Made by a program: the position numbers and the translations under genes. Source: an uncultured bacterium (GTDB lineage Bacteria > CG03 > CAZUQH01). From it: DNA of 39,294 nucleotides. Location: assembly GCA_964622465.1 (NCBI GenBank), contig CAZUQH010000006.1, forward strand, positions 1 to 39,294, read 5' to 3'. Positions 16,910-26,153 of the stretch are shown piece by piece (position 1 is the stretch's first letter; each line of letters starts with the position of its first letter). The notes beneath the pieces are model-generated. The model was not told the DNA's origin, made no database searches, and saw only the letters and a program-made list of their open reading frames with translations.

Positions 16910-17694
16910 TGAATGTAATCGTATCAATTAAACAGGTGCCGGATACAACTGAGGTAAAAATAAACCCCCAGACGAACACTCTTGTGCGAGAGGGGGTAGC
17001 GAGTATTATTAATCCGTTTGACATGTACGCGATAGAAGAATCCTTGAGAATCAGGGAAAAGTGTGGTGGCAGGGTTACGGTTATAACTATGGGGCCACCG
17101 CAGGCAGAAGATGCATTGCGTTCTACGCTTGCTCTCGGCGTTGATGACGCCGTACTTCTGAGTGACCATGAGTTTGCAGGTGCTGATACTCTGGTAACCG
17201 GATATACGCTTGCAGCTGGTGTCCGTAAATTAGGAGAGTTTGACCTCATTATCTGTGGAAAACAGGCAGCAGATGGCGATACTGCACAGGTAGGCCCACA
17301 GCTTGCGCACCGGCTCGGCATACCATTTGTTACTTTCGTAAAGAAAATAGAGGAAATCCGTCCCGGATATCTGAGGGTAGAAAGAATGGTAGAAACAGGC
17401 TACGAGACAGTCGAGACAAAATTGCCTGCCCTCATAACAGTGGTAAAAGAAATAAATGAACCGCGAATGGAGTCACTGCGCGGCAAAATGAAAGCAGCGA
17501 AAGCACAGATCAACGTTTTTGGCGCCAGTGACCTTGATGTTGACCCATCCTGTCTCGGGTTGAAGGGTTCGCCAACTCAGGTTGTTACAATTTTTACCCC
17601 TCCACCAAGGCCTACAGGTAAAATATTTGAAGGCGAACCCGATACCGTTGTCGAAAAATTAACCAGCGAACTTAAGGAGCGGGGGCTTATTTAG
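16909..17694 (+). CDS. etfB: Electron transfer flavoprotein beta subunit
   Basis: MNVIVSIKQVPD, NPFDMYAIEESL and DLIICGKQAADGDTAQVGPQLAHRLGIP. TAATG overlap with the dehydrogenase gene. Confidence 0.88.
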   Translation: MNVIVSIKQVPDTTEVKINPQTNTLVREGVASIINPFDMYAIEESLRIREKCGGRVTVITMGPPQAEDALRSTLALGVDDAVLLSDHEFAGADTLVTGYTLAAGVRKLGEFDLIICGKQAADGDTAQVGPQLAHRLGIPFVTFVKKIEEIRPGYLRVERMVETGYETVETKLPALITVVKEINEPRMESLRGKMKAAKAQINVFGASDLDVDPSCLGLKGSPTQVVTIFTPPPRPTGKIFEGEPDTVVEKLTSELKERGLI

Positions 17695-18893
17695 TGGGTA
17701 TCAAGATAATAGCTGAGCGTTGTACTGGTTGCGGGTTATGCATTCAGTACTGTCCTTTCGCAGCAATAGAAATTATAGACAAAAAGGCCGTAGTTGGACC
17801 GGCATGCACTCTGTGTGGAGCGTGTATCGATGGTTGTCCAGAAGAAGCGCTTGTCCTTGAGTGTGAACCAGAAAAACCAAAACAGCAGGTAGGCGTCTAT
17901 AAGAACGTATGGATATTTGCTGAGGAGCATAATGGAACAGTAGATAGTACGGCATACGAATTGCTTGGCGCCGGCAGGACGCTTGCTGATAAACTTGGCG
18001 TTGAGCAGGTGGCGATATTGCTTGGTGAAAAAGTTGAAGATAATGCTGCAAAGGAATTGGTGCGCTATGGCGCAGACAGAGTTATTGTCGTTGAAGACCC
18101 CCAACTCAAGTTTTTCCGGCCAGAAGTATATTCCAGCGTTTTGAAAAAATTGGTGGAAAAATATCATCCTGAGATTATTCTCGGTAGTGCAACTTCAACG
18201 GGGCGTTCTCTTTTACCAAAACTTGCTGCATCACTCGAAACCGGTTTGACTGCCGATTGCACTGGTCTTAATATTGATACAGAAAGACACATTCTCCTTC
18301 AGACCAGGCCTGCATTTGGTGGAAACATAATGGCAACGATTATTTGCCCGGACAACCGCCCGCAAATGGCAACTGTCCGGCCGAGAGTAATGAAACCGCT
18401 TGACATGGACGTTGGAAGAAAAGGGGATGTGGTGAGGGAAGAAGTAACGGTTTCTGAAAAAGACATTTGGACACGCGTGCTTGAGGTGGTTGGGGACCCG
18501 ACGCTTCAAGTCAACCTTCAGGATGCAGAAATAATCGTGTCCGGCGGGCGTGGTCTGGGTGGGCCGGAAAATTTCAAGATTATAAGGGAATTAGCAGACG
18601 CTCTTGGCGGAGCAGTCGGGTCTTCGCGTGCCGCGGTTGATGCCGGATGGATTCCTTATTCGCATCAGGTCGGGCAGACGGGTAAAACGGTATGTCCAAA
18701 AATATACATTGCGTGTGGCATATCCGGACAAATTCAGCATCTGGTCGGAATGCAATCATCGGATATTATCATTGCCATAAACCGTGACATGTATGCCCCG
18801 ATATTTAAGGTCGCAAACTACGGTATCATAGGCGACCTCTTTGAAATCGTGCCTGTGTTAACACGCAGGGTAAAAGAAATTAAGGGTAAATAG
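17694..18893 (+). CDS. etfA: Electron transfer flavoprotein alpha subunit with N-terminal 2x[4Fe-4S] ferredoxin domain
   Basis: GTG start. CTGCGLCIQYCP and CTLCGACIDGCP cluster motifs, then an EtfA body with the GISGQIQHLVGM FAD signature. Confidence 0.85.
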   Translation: MGIKIIAERCTGCGLCIQYCPFAAIEIIDKKAVVGPACTLCGACIDGCPEEALVLECEPEKPKQQVGVYKNVWIFAEEHNGTVDSTAYELLGAGRTLADKLGVEQVAILLGEKVEDNAAKELVRYGADRVIVVEDPQLKFFRPEVYSSVLKKLVEKYHPEIILGSATSTGRSLLPKLAASLETGLTADCTGLNIDTERHILLQTRPAFGGNIMATIICPDNRPQMATVRPRVMKPLDMDVGRKGDVVREEVTVSEKDIWTRVLEVVGDPTLQVNLQDAEIIVSGGRGLGGPENFKIIRELADALGGAVGSSRAAVDAGWIPYSHQVGQTGKTVCPKIYIACGISGQIQHLVGMQSSDIIIAINRDMYAPIFKVANYGIIGDLFEIVPVLTRRVKEIKGK

Positions 18894-18897
18894 TTTC

Positions 18898-21800
18898 ATG
18901 TATTTTAAGAAATTAGAAATATGTGGTTTTAAATCGTTTGCCGACAGGACGAAATTTGAGTTTGAGCCGGGTATTTCAGCAGTAGTCGGTCCGAATGGTT
19001 GCGGGAAGACAAACGTAGTTGACGCAATCCGGTGGGTGCTTGGTTCTCAAAGTCCCCGTGAGTTGAGGGCGAGCAAAATGGAAGACCTTATCTTTAATGG
19101 CTCACAGAGTAGAAAACCATCAAATTACGCAGAGGTCTTACTTACCATAGATAATTCCGATTCCTCACTCTCTCTCGACTATCCCGAGGTCGCAGTTACA
19201 CGCCGTTTATACCGTTCCGGAGAAAGCGAATATTTGATAAACAAACAGAAAGTACGTCTCAAGGACATTATAGATTTGTTCCTTGACAGTGGTCTTGGTG
19301 CCGGGTCGTACGCTGTTCTGGAAGAAGCACGCATTAAATTTATTCTTCACAGTCGTCCTGAAGAAAGAAGAGAACTTTTTGAGGATGCCGCTGAAATTGG
19401 GCGCTACCAGTATCGTCGCGAGGAAGCAGTGAGACGATTGGATAAAACAAAACTGAATCTCTCACGCCTGGATGACGTACTGGTAGAAGTAAGCCGCCAG
19501 GCAAAAACGATAGGATATCAGGTTCGTAAGGCAAAGATATATGAGAGATATACAGAGCGTTTGGCAGGGCTTAAAATACAACGGTTACTCTGCGATTATA
19601 GAAGTTGCAGTAAGGACCTGCCGTCCGTTTCGGCTGAAATGGCCTTAAAGAAGCAACAGACCGACAAACTGAAAAAAGACCTTGATAACGTTCAAGAGCA
19701 ACTTGAGAAAGAGCGCCATGAATCTGAGTCACGAGATTCCGAGCTGCTTGAATTTCAGTCAAAGATGGTACAGATTGCTGGTGAGGTTGCCAGAATAGAG
19801 GACCATTCAAGGAATTATGAGCAGAGAGGACAGGAATTAGAAACACTTTTTTCTAATTCTGCTCAAGCAAAGGAGCAGTGGACAGAACGAAAAGAAAACT
19901 TTGGCAGGACTTATGAGCAATTTTCCAGTGAACTGAAGAATCTTGAAAACCAGCAGAAAGAACTCGGTGAACAACTGAAATTTGCATCTAATGAGGAGGA
20001 GTCTGAAAACAAGGACATTGAGTCCTATAAGGAAAAAATTACTCATGAAAAAGAAAAGGAATCTGCAATCAGAAGCCAGATAAACGATATTGATAATGAA
20101 ATACGTACCTGCGAGTTTGCAGCCGAGGTAGCGAGACAAAAAGTCGGGCTTATTGACATGAGGACCGAAGGATACCAGAGAGAGATGGCGGAAATCAAAG
20201 AGACGTCAGCAGAATTGAAAATGAAAGTAAATGGACTTGATAAGGAATATGATAGTGCAACTGACAGCAGGCACAAGTGCGAAGCTTCCATCAAAGAGTG
20301 TAGTACGCGTATAAAATATATTGATGGCAGCTTGAGAGGAATGGCTGTCTGGGAAGAGGAAAGGAAATCTCATCCAAGTTATGCAATTTTTGAGGCACTT
20401 CATCAGGCAAATATAATCAAAAACGGCAGCCGCTTAATCGACCTTGTTGAGGTACCCAGGGACTTGAGGTGGGTTGTTGGGCGCCTGCTTGGCGACCGCC
20501 TGTTCTGGATAATATGTGAGACAAGAGATGAAGCCGAAAAGTCAATTAACTACCTGAGAGAAGGAAATCGTGGCTACGCCTTTTTTCTCATACTTGAAGA
20601 ATGTACCACTGCCGCCGGAGAGGGTGTTCAGGAAGAAGCCGCAGGCGTTTCAATTGTTGACCGTCTGAATTTTGATAGGTACTGGTCAAATGCAGTCCAA
20701 ACCGCATTTAGTGGCATAAGATTAGTTCCGTCTGTTTCGGATGGGACAGTGGGACAGGCAATTCTGGTGGATGATACGGGTAGAGTGCGGATGCGCGGCG
20801 GGATTGGTGGCGGCGTAAGTGAAGGTGAGCTTACAAGAGAGCACCTCAGACAGGAAAAGGAGTCCCTTGGAGAGGAATTATCCCGGTTTGAAGGCACGCT
20901 AAGGGAAATTGATGAAGGACTTCACACGCTTGAGGTGCGCCGTGTGGAGGCGAATACCGAGATTTCGCAAGTTGAAACTATAACGTCCAGGTTGGAAAAA
21001 GAATGCAAACAGTTAAGGCGGGAGAAAGAGGATGCAGAAAAAGAAATAGACGTCCAGCAGCAAAAAACACAGGGACTGCAAACAGGTAAAACGGTTCTGG
21101 AACGTGAGATTAAGGAACAGCAATCTAAAGTCAAGGAATGTGAAGAAATGTTATCCGAATGTATTTCGAAAGACAATAAGTTACATGAGCAAGTGGTAAT
21201 ACTTAAATTCAAATTAGATGGATTGAAGATGGCAATCGCTGAAAGACAACGGACGCTGGAAACCCTGACAGGCGAAATACAACATGCAGATGTTATGCTT
21301 TCAAATATTTCCAATAATATGGAAGAGATACAGGAAAAGATACGTGGACATAAGCAGAATCATATAGATGAGGAAGGGAAGTCCGTTGCATTGGAAGCAG
21401 AACGTGACAAATTATCAAAAACAATAGAAAAATTAAGAGATGATAGAATTGAGGCGCAAGAAAAAATGCATGAAAAGCAAACTCTGGTAGAAAGAATGCG
21501 TGGACAGTATGATACTTCTGCCATAGAGTTGTCCAGATGCCAGTTAAACCACAGCGAAGTAAGCATGAAGATTAACGAGCTCAATCAGAGATTGACACAG
21601 GAGTTTGAGATATCGCTTGAAGAGGCCTTAAAGAAATATCCAGAGAAAGAAAATGAACCACCGTTTGATGACCGTGCGATTGCACGGCTCCAACGAAGGA
21701 TAGAAAATCTTGGGCCGATAAATATGGCGGCACCAGAAGAATATGAAACCCTGAATGAGAGAGAAAAGTTTCTCCAGACGCAGCATAAAGACGTAGAACA

Positions 21801-22329
21801 GGCAATTGTAGACCTTGAAAAACTCATCGCCGAACTTGACAGGACAGCGAGGACAAAATTTGTGGAGTCGTTTGAAAAGGTAAGGCGCAATTTTCAGAAG
21901 GTTTTCAATGACCTGTTTGAGGGTGGCACAAGCGATCTAATATTAACTCAAGCTGAAGACCCTCTATCTGCTGGCGTTGAGATTATCGCACAGCCACCTG
22001 GAAAGAGACTGCAAAGTATAACGCTGTTGTCGGCAGGCGAGCAGACACTATGTGCAATTGCGCTTTTGTTTGCTTTTTTTATGGCAAAGCCCTCACCATT
22101 TTCTGTCCTGGACGAAATAGATTCCCCGCTTGACGATTCTAATATCCGCCGTTTTGCGAATTTGCTGGACCAATTTTCCGACCAGACACAATTCCTGGTA
22201 GTTACGCACAACAAGAGCACGATGGAGGCGGCAGATAGAATGTTTGGAATTACGATGGAAGAATTCGGTGTTTCCAAACTGATTTCTGTACGTTTGCATC
22301 GTGAGGGCACCCAACAGCTCGTGGCGTAA
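18898..22329 (+). CDS. smc: Chromosome partition protein Smc
   Basis: 1143 aa. FKSF...GPNGCGKTN Walker A, long coiled coils, a hinge, LSAGEQTL signature motif and the Walker B context FSVLDEIDSPLD. Confidence 0.92.
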   Translation: MYFKKLEICGFKSFADRTKFEFEPGISAVVGPNGCGKTNVVDAIRWVLGSQSPRELRASKMEDLIFNGSQSRKPSNYAEVLLTIDNSDSSLSLDYPEVAVTRRLYRSGESEYLINKQKVRLKDIIDLFLDSGLGAGSYAVLEEARIKFILHSRPEERRELFEDAAEIGRYQYRREEAVRRLDKTKLNLSRLDDVLVEVSRQAKTIGYQVRKAKIYERYTERLAGLKIQRLLCDYRSCSKDLPSVSAEMALKKQQTDKLKKDLDNVQEQLEKERHESESRDSELLEFQSKMVQIAGEVARIEDHSRNYEQRGQELETLFSNSAQAKEQWTERKENFGRTYEQFSSELKNLENQQKELGEQLKFASNEEESENKDIESYKEKITHEKEKESAIRSQINDIDNEIRTCEFAAEVARQKVGLIDMRTEGYQREMAEIKETSAELKMKVNGLDKEYDSATDSRHKCEASIKECSTRIKYIDGSLRGMAVWEEERKSHPSYAIFEALHQANIIKNGSRLIDLVEVPRDLRWVVGRLLGDRLFWIICETRDEAEKSINYLREGNRGYAFFLILEECTTAAGEGVQEEAAGVSIVDRLNFDRYWSNAVQTAFSGIRLVPSVSDGTVGQAILVDDTGRVRMRGGIGGGVSEGELTREHLRQEKESLGEELSRFEGTLREIDEGLHTLEVRRVEANTEISQVETITSRLEKECKQLRREKEDAEKEIDVQQQKTQGLQTGKTVLEREIKEQQSKVKECEEMLSECISKDNKLHEQVVILKFKLDGLKMAIAERQRTLETLTGEIQHADVMLSNISNNMEEIQEKIRGHKQNHIDEEGKSVALEAERDKLSKTIEKLRDDRIEAQEKMHEKQTLVERMRGQYDTSAIELSRCQLNHSEVSMKINELNQRLTQEFEISLEEALKKYPEKENEPPFDDRAIARLQRRIENLGPINMAAPEEYETLNEREKFLQTQHKDVEQAIVDLEKLIAELDRTARTKFVESFEKVRRNFQKVFNDLFEGGTSDLILTQAEDPLSAGVEIIAQPPGKRLQSITLLSAGEQTLCAIALLFAFFMAKPSPFSVLDEIDSPLDDSNIRRFANLLDQFSDQTQFLVVTHNKSTMEAADRMFGITMEEFGVSKLISVRLHREGTQQLVA

Positions 22330-22333
22330 AACC

Positions 22334-23077
22334 GTGCAAATAAAACTACTTGGCGTTCGACTTGAGTGTACCGATATCAACGGTGCAGTCAAGTTCATAG
22401 CAACTCTCGTAGCTACCCACAAACAGCATCTCGTAGTCACTGCTAATTCCCTTATGGTGAGGGATTCCTGGACAGATGCAGGGTTAAAAAAAGCGTTGAA
22501 CTGCGCATCTATAATAGTAACTGATGGTATCGGATTAGTTTGGGCTGCCCGGTTATTAAAGAGAAAGCGTCTACAGCGTATACCCGGTATTGAGCTAATG
22601 GCAGCTCTATGCGAAGAAGCAGAACGTCACAATTGGAGGATTTTTGTATTTGGTGGACGTCCTCGAGTCAACGAAAAAACAGTGCAAATACTGACACAAA
22701 AATATCCATTGATGAAAATTGTAGGGTATAAACATGGATATATGGAGCAGGTATCTAAAGCGTCGCTCATAGAAGAAATACGCTTGAGCAAACCGGATAT
22801 CGTATTTGTTGGTCTTGGCGGTGGCTGGCAGGAAAAATGGTTTCTTGATAACAGGAAAAACCTGCCCTCTGCAGTGTTTATTGGCATTGGTGGTTCGCTT
22901 GACGTCCTTGCAGGCCGTCTCAAGCGTGCGCCAGTGATTATTCGCAATATAGGACTGGAATGGCTCTGGCGTCTGTTGATAGAACCTACCCGATTGGTGC
23001 GTCAGTTCGGACTCGCTATGTTTGCTGCTCGTGTACTTGATGAGTTTATGTTGACAGTTAGAGTACAGAGGTGTTGA
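22334..23077 (+). CDS. WecB/TagA/CpsF family glycosyltransferase
   Basis: The pattern LGVRLECTDINGAV..., TANSLMV, DGIGLVWAA, FVFGGRP, VGLGGGWQEKW and GLEWLWRL is typical of the TagA family. The start is uncertain: GTG 22334 lies just after the smc stop, while ATG 22301 would overlap smc. Confidence 0.75.
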   Translation: MQIKLLGVRLECTDINGAVKFIATLVATHKQHLVVTANSLMVRDSWTDAGLKKALNCASIIVTDGIGLVWAARLLKRKRLQRIPGIELMAALCEEAERHNWRIFVFGGRPRVNEKTVQILTQKYPLMKIVGYKHGYMEQVSKASLIEEIRLSKPDIVFVGLGGGWQEKWFLDNRKNLPSAVFIGIGGSLDVLAGRLKRAPVIIRNIGLEWLWRLLIEPTRLVRQFGLAMFAARVLDEFMLTVRVQRC

Positions 23078-23818
23078 TTGATATACGCTATTCTTGCCGA
23101 TATCCATAGTAACCTACCTGCACTGAAAACGGCAATTTCATGGTTAGAGAACAAAGGAACCATTCAATATATTGTTCTTGGTGACATTGTCGGTTACGGA
23201 CCACATCCAAACGAATGTATAGAGGCAATACAAAAGTTATCTCCAGCTATTCTGATTAAAGGTAATCATGATTATGCTTCATCCGAAGATATTCCTCTGG
23301 ATGATTTTAATCCATACGCAAAAGAGGCAATTCTGTGGACCAGGTCTCATCTTTTACCAGGCAATATCAACTATTTGAGAAATCTGCCAGAACGCGCTCA
23401 ATTAAGTGGTATACTCTTGGTTCATGGTTCACCGCGCGATCCGCTAAACGAATATCTTACGGACGACATAAAATTTGTCAGATGCACGGAAATGCCAGAT
23501 ATTCCGAAAGTTTGTTTTGTAGGGCACAGTCATTACCCTCTGCTTTTTGTTAGACAGAAAGGCGGCCCCGCGTCTCACTCTTTGCTTTTGGATGGAGATT
23601 CGATACAACTTGCCCCTGGCAACTATTATGCTCTCAATCCAGGTAGTATAGGTCAGCCGCGCGATGGCGATCCACGTTTATCCTTTGCGCTCTGGGATAG
23701 TGATAAGAGTACTTTTACGATAGTCCGCCTGAAATATGATATTTCAAGGACACAAAAAGATATGCTCAAGGCAGGTTTGCCTGAATTTTTAGTCCATCGG
23801 CTGGAGACCGGAAAGTAG
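23078..23818 (+). CDS. Metallophosphoesterase (calcineurin-like, PPP/YfcE-like)
   Basis: TTG start directly after the upstream stop. DIHSN, GDIVGYGP, GNHD, VHGSP and GHSH metal-ligand motifs occur in canonical order. Confidence 0.75.
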   Translation: MIYAILADIHSNLPALKTAISWLENKGTIQYIVLGDIVGYGPHPNECIEAIQKLSPAILIKGNHDYASSEDIPLDDFNPYAKEAILWTRSHLLPGNINYLRNLPERAQLSGILLVHGSPRDPLNEYLTDDIKFVRCTEMPDIPKVCFVGHSHYPLLFVRQKGGPASHSLLLDGDSIQLAPGNYYALNPGSIGQPRDGDPRLSFALWDSDKSTFTIVRLKYDISRTQKDMLKAGLPEFLVHRLETGK

Positions 23819-23820
23819 AA

Positions 23821-24669
23821 ATGCAAGAGGATGTTATTGGCAAAATAATCCAGGGAAAATATGAGATTGAGAAAGAAATAAACCATGGGAATATGGGGGT
23901 AATCTATCAGGCCAGGCGAATAGAAGATAATATGACAGTTGCTTTGAAATTTCCTTCTAAATCTACCTCGCTGGAGAAATTCAGGCAGATTGCGGTGCTC
24001 TCCAGTTCACTTGAGTCACCTGGAATTGCCAAAGTATATGAGCACGGAGGCGTTTCTGAACCATTTGTCGTGATGGAATATCTGGACGGAGAGCCACTTT
24101 CTGATTTTCTTTCAAGGCATAAACGTCTTAGTCCTACCCGTGCAGCAGCGATTGCTCTTGAGTGTTCCAGGATACTTCAATATCTTCACTCAAGATACGT
24201 TGTTCATAACGACGTAAAACCTGCCAACATTTTCATTTTACGTACTGGTGAAATCAAATTACTAGACCTTGGGGTTGCAAAAACGGAGTCACTACCTGGT
24301 GGCTCAGCAGGTGACAATTTTGGAGGCAGCCCTGAGTATTCGGCACCGGAACGTAGACAGGGGATATCAACCCCCGAGACAGATGTGTATTCACTAGGCA
24401 AGACCTTACTTGAGATGCTGACGGGGCATACCTTTGTGACGGGAAGATGGCCAGTGCTTCCACCCACGCTTGTTAAAATTGTGAAGAAGTGTCTCCAGCA
24501 GAAACCACAAATGCGCTATCGGAATATGGAAGCACTTGCAGAAGACATCGAGCGGTTTATGACCCGGCAACAGGGCTTAAGGCGTAAAATCCCCTTCACA
24601 GGATTATGGGTAATACTCATACTCGTAGCTTTAGTACTAGCCGTAATCGCCCTGGCAATGCTTCTTTAG
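23821..24669 (+). CDS. Serine/threonine protein kinase with C-terminal transmembrane anchor
   Basis: GNMGVIYQA...VALK, HNDVKPANIF, DLGVAK and GSPEYSAPE Hanks-type motifs. The hydrophobic tail is LWVILILVALVLAVIALAMLL. Confidence 0.8.
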   Translation: MQEDVIGKIIQGKYEIEKEINHGNMGVIYQARRIEDNMTVALKFPSKSTSLEKFRQIAVLSSSLESPGIAKVYEHGGVSEPFVVMEYLDGEPLSDFLSRHKRLSPTRAAAIALECSRILQYLHSRYVVHNDVKPANIFILRTGEIKLLDLGVAKTESLPGGSAGDNFGGSPEYSAPERRQGISTPETDVYSLGKTLLEMLTGHTFVTGRWPVLPPTLVKIVKKCLQQKPQMRYRNMEALAEDIERFMTRQQGLRRKIPFTGLWVILILVALVLAVIALAMLL

Positions 24670-24681
24670 ATAGTTAGATGC

Positions 24682-24710
24682 TTGACAGTTTCAGAGTAAG
24701 AGGGTAAAAT
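24682..24710 (+). promoter_or_regulatory. Sigma70-like promoter upstream of the LysM gene
   Basis: TTGACA (24682-24687), a 17-nt spacer, then TAAAAT (24705-24710). A GGAGGTG Shine-Dalgarno follows at 24727-24733, ahead of ATG 24741. Confidence 0.5.
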
Positions 24711-24740
24711 ATTTTCAAATGCTTATGGAGGTGCAATTGG

Positions 24741-25409
24741 ATGAGAAAACAAAAGGTTTTTCTGCTTACTACTGTAGCCGTAGTTTGTCCGATAATTTGG
24801 GCAGGGAGTAATGTGTTAGCAAAAGAAGCGCTGGTAATGAAAGTGCATACTGTACAGCAAGGAGATACTTTTTGTAATATTGCATCCGAGTATCTTGGAA
24901 ATGCAGATAAATGGCGTGAAGTATACGGCTACAACAGGTATATCAAAAATCCGCACTGGATTTTTCCAGGAGAAGAACTCATAATTCCAACCTATGAAGA
25001 GATTATTGAAGAGCCAGCAGCAAAAGTTGAGACCGTGGAGCAGACAGCTGAAACAGCGAAAGAGAAACAAACCCCAAAGGTGGGTGTTGACCGCATTCTT
25101 GGTGGCGTCCCTGATTTTGATGGGTATGTTGTAAAATCAGAAAGCGCATTCTCTCAAGCAGCGCTGTATGATACCGTACTTACCGACATTCATACCGAAG
25201 GTGATGTCCGACCAGGGACATACCTGCGCGGCTACGTGCAGCACCGTACAATTCGTCATCCAATAACAGGAGCTTCAGCAGGTCCGGAATATGCAGAAGC
25301 GGCAATCCTCAAAGTTATTGAAGTACATAAACATACATCCTATGCAAAAATTATTGATTGTTCCGAGCCATTGTCGGCAGGCGATGGCTTGTTCGTAGTG
25401 AGGCAGTAA
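24741..25409 (+). CDS. Secreted LysM domain protein
   Basis: Signal-peptide-like N-terminus. The LysM motif is HTVQQGDTFCNIASEYLGNADKWREVYGYN...IFPGEELIIP. Confidence 0.75.
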   Translation: MRKQKVFLLTTVAVVCPIIWAGSNVLAKEALVMKVHTVQQGDTFCNIASEYLGNADKWREVYGYNRYIKNPHWIFPGEELIIPTYEEIIEEPAAKVETVEQTAETAKEKQTPKVGVDRILGGVPDFDGYVVKSESAFSQAALYDTVLTDIHTEGDVRPGTYLRGYVQHRTIRHPITGASAGPEYAEAAILKVIEVHKHTSYAKIIDCSEPLSAGDGLFVVRQ

Positions 25410-26116
25410 TGCGAGTTTATAACAAAATAAGAACCTGCCCTTCGGGTAGAACCTTTTCACTTGAAAAACAATTCTCGGGCCCAAGCGTGATAGGATTTGT
25501 TACTACAGTTGTAATTTGCCTGGGTATTCTGTGGGTTGGATGCAATCCTGACAAGAAAAATATAAGAACGCAAACAGAGGGAGGGAATGAAATGGCTGTT
25601 AAGAATGCTGTGATGATTATTGCTCCTACAAACTTCCGTGACGAGGAATATCTGGAACCGCGGCAGATTATTGAAGGTGCAGGTATTAACGTTACAGTTG
25701 CTTCAATTAAACCAGGTATCTGCTCTGGAACCTATGGTGCGCGTGCAGAAGCAGAACGCTCGATTTCTGATATCAACGCTGGCGATTTTGACGCAGTGGT
25801 ATTTATTGGCGGAAATGGTTCCAGCGTGTATTGGGATAATTCAGATGCACACAGGTTATGCCGCGAAGCGCACCAACATGGTAAAATACTTGCAGCGATA
25901 TGTATTGCACCAGTTACGCTTGCAAGGGCAGGTGTACTTAAGGGGCGCCGCGCCACTGTTTGGGCTGGTGAGAAAAACCAGCTCTCGAGCGTCACGGGTG
26001 TTAAGTATACGGGCGCTGACTTGGAGGTAGATGGCCGGATAATAACTGCAAATGGGCCACAGGCAGCTAAGAGATTTGGTGACAAGATAGTTGAAATGAT
26101 GGGAGAAATAAGATAA
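25409..26116 (+). CDS. DJ-1/PfpI family protein with N-terminal membrane anchor (possible lipoprotein)
   Basis: The core shows VMIIAPTNFRDEEY, VVFIGGNG and the nucleophile-elbow context AAICIAP. The hydrophobic segment ends in LWVGC. The start was chosen at ATG 25409 (TAATG overlap) and is uncertain. Confidence 0.7.
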   Translation: MRVYNKIRTCPSGRTFSLEKQFSGPSVIGFVTTVVICLGILWVGCNPDKKNIRTQTEGGNEMAVKNAVMIIAPTNFRDEEYLEPRQIIEGAGINVTVASIKPGICSGTYGARAEAERSISDINAGDFDAVVFIGGNGSSVYWDNSDAHRLCREAHQHGKILAAICIAPVTLARAGVLKGRRATVWAGEKNQLSSVTGVKYTGADLEVDGRIITANGPQAAKRFGDKIVEMMGEIR

Positions 26117-26153
26117 CAACCGCTTAGTTCTAAAAAATATTTCCCTTCAGAAA

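Noticed and set aside
18898-22329. Numerous 60-130-aa minus-strand and off-frame ORFs inside smc (for example 20922-21314 and 21948-22310). Similar ORFs occur inside most other long genes.
   Set aside because: They are fully nested within strongly supported CDS, have low-complexity or Ser/Cys-rich composition, carry no recognisable motifs and have no independent start context.
25620-26030. 136-aa + strand ORF in an alternative frame inside the DJ-1/PfpI gene, and the 117-aa ORF at 2845-3198 inside the FAD oxidoreductase gene.
   Set aside because: These are same-strand, off-frame ORFs nested in genes with clear family motifs. They show no motif or start-site support.
26117-26153. Possible bidirectional terminator between the convergent DJ-1/PfpI and hydrolase genes.
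   Set aside because: There is only a weak AT-rich imperfect inverted repeat (aaatatttc / gaaattatt). There is no GC-rich stem or clear U-tract, so I cannot support a terminator call.
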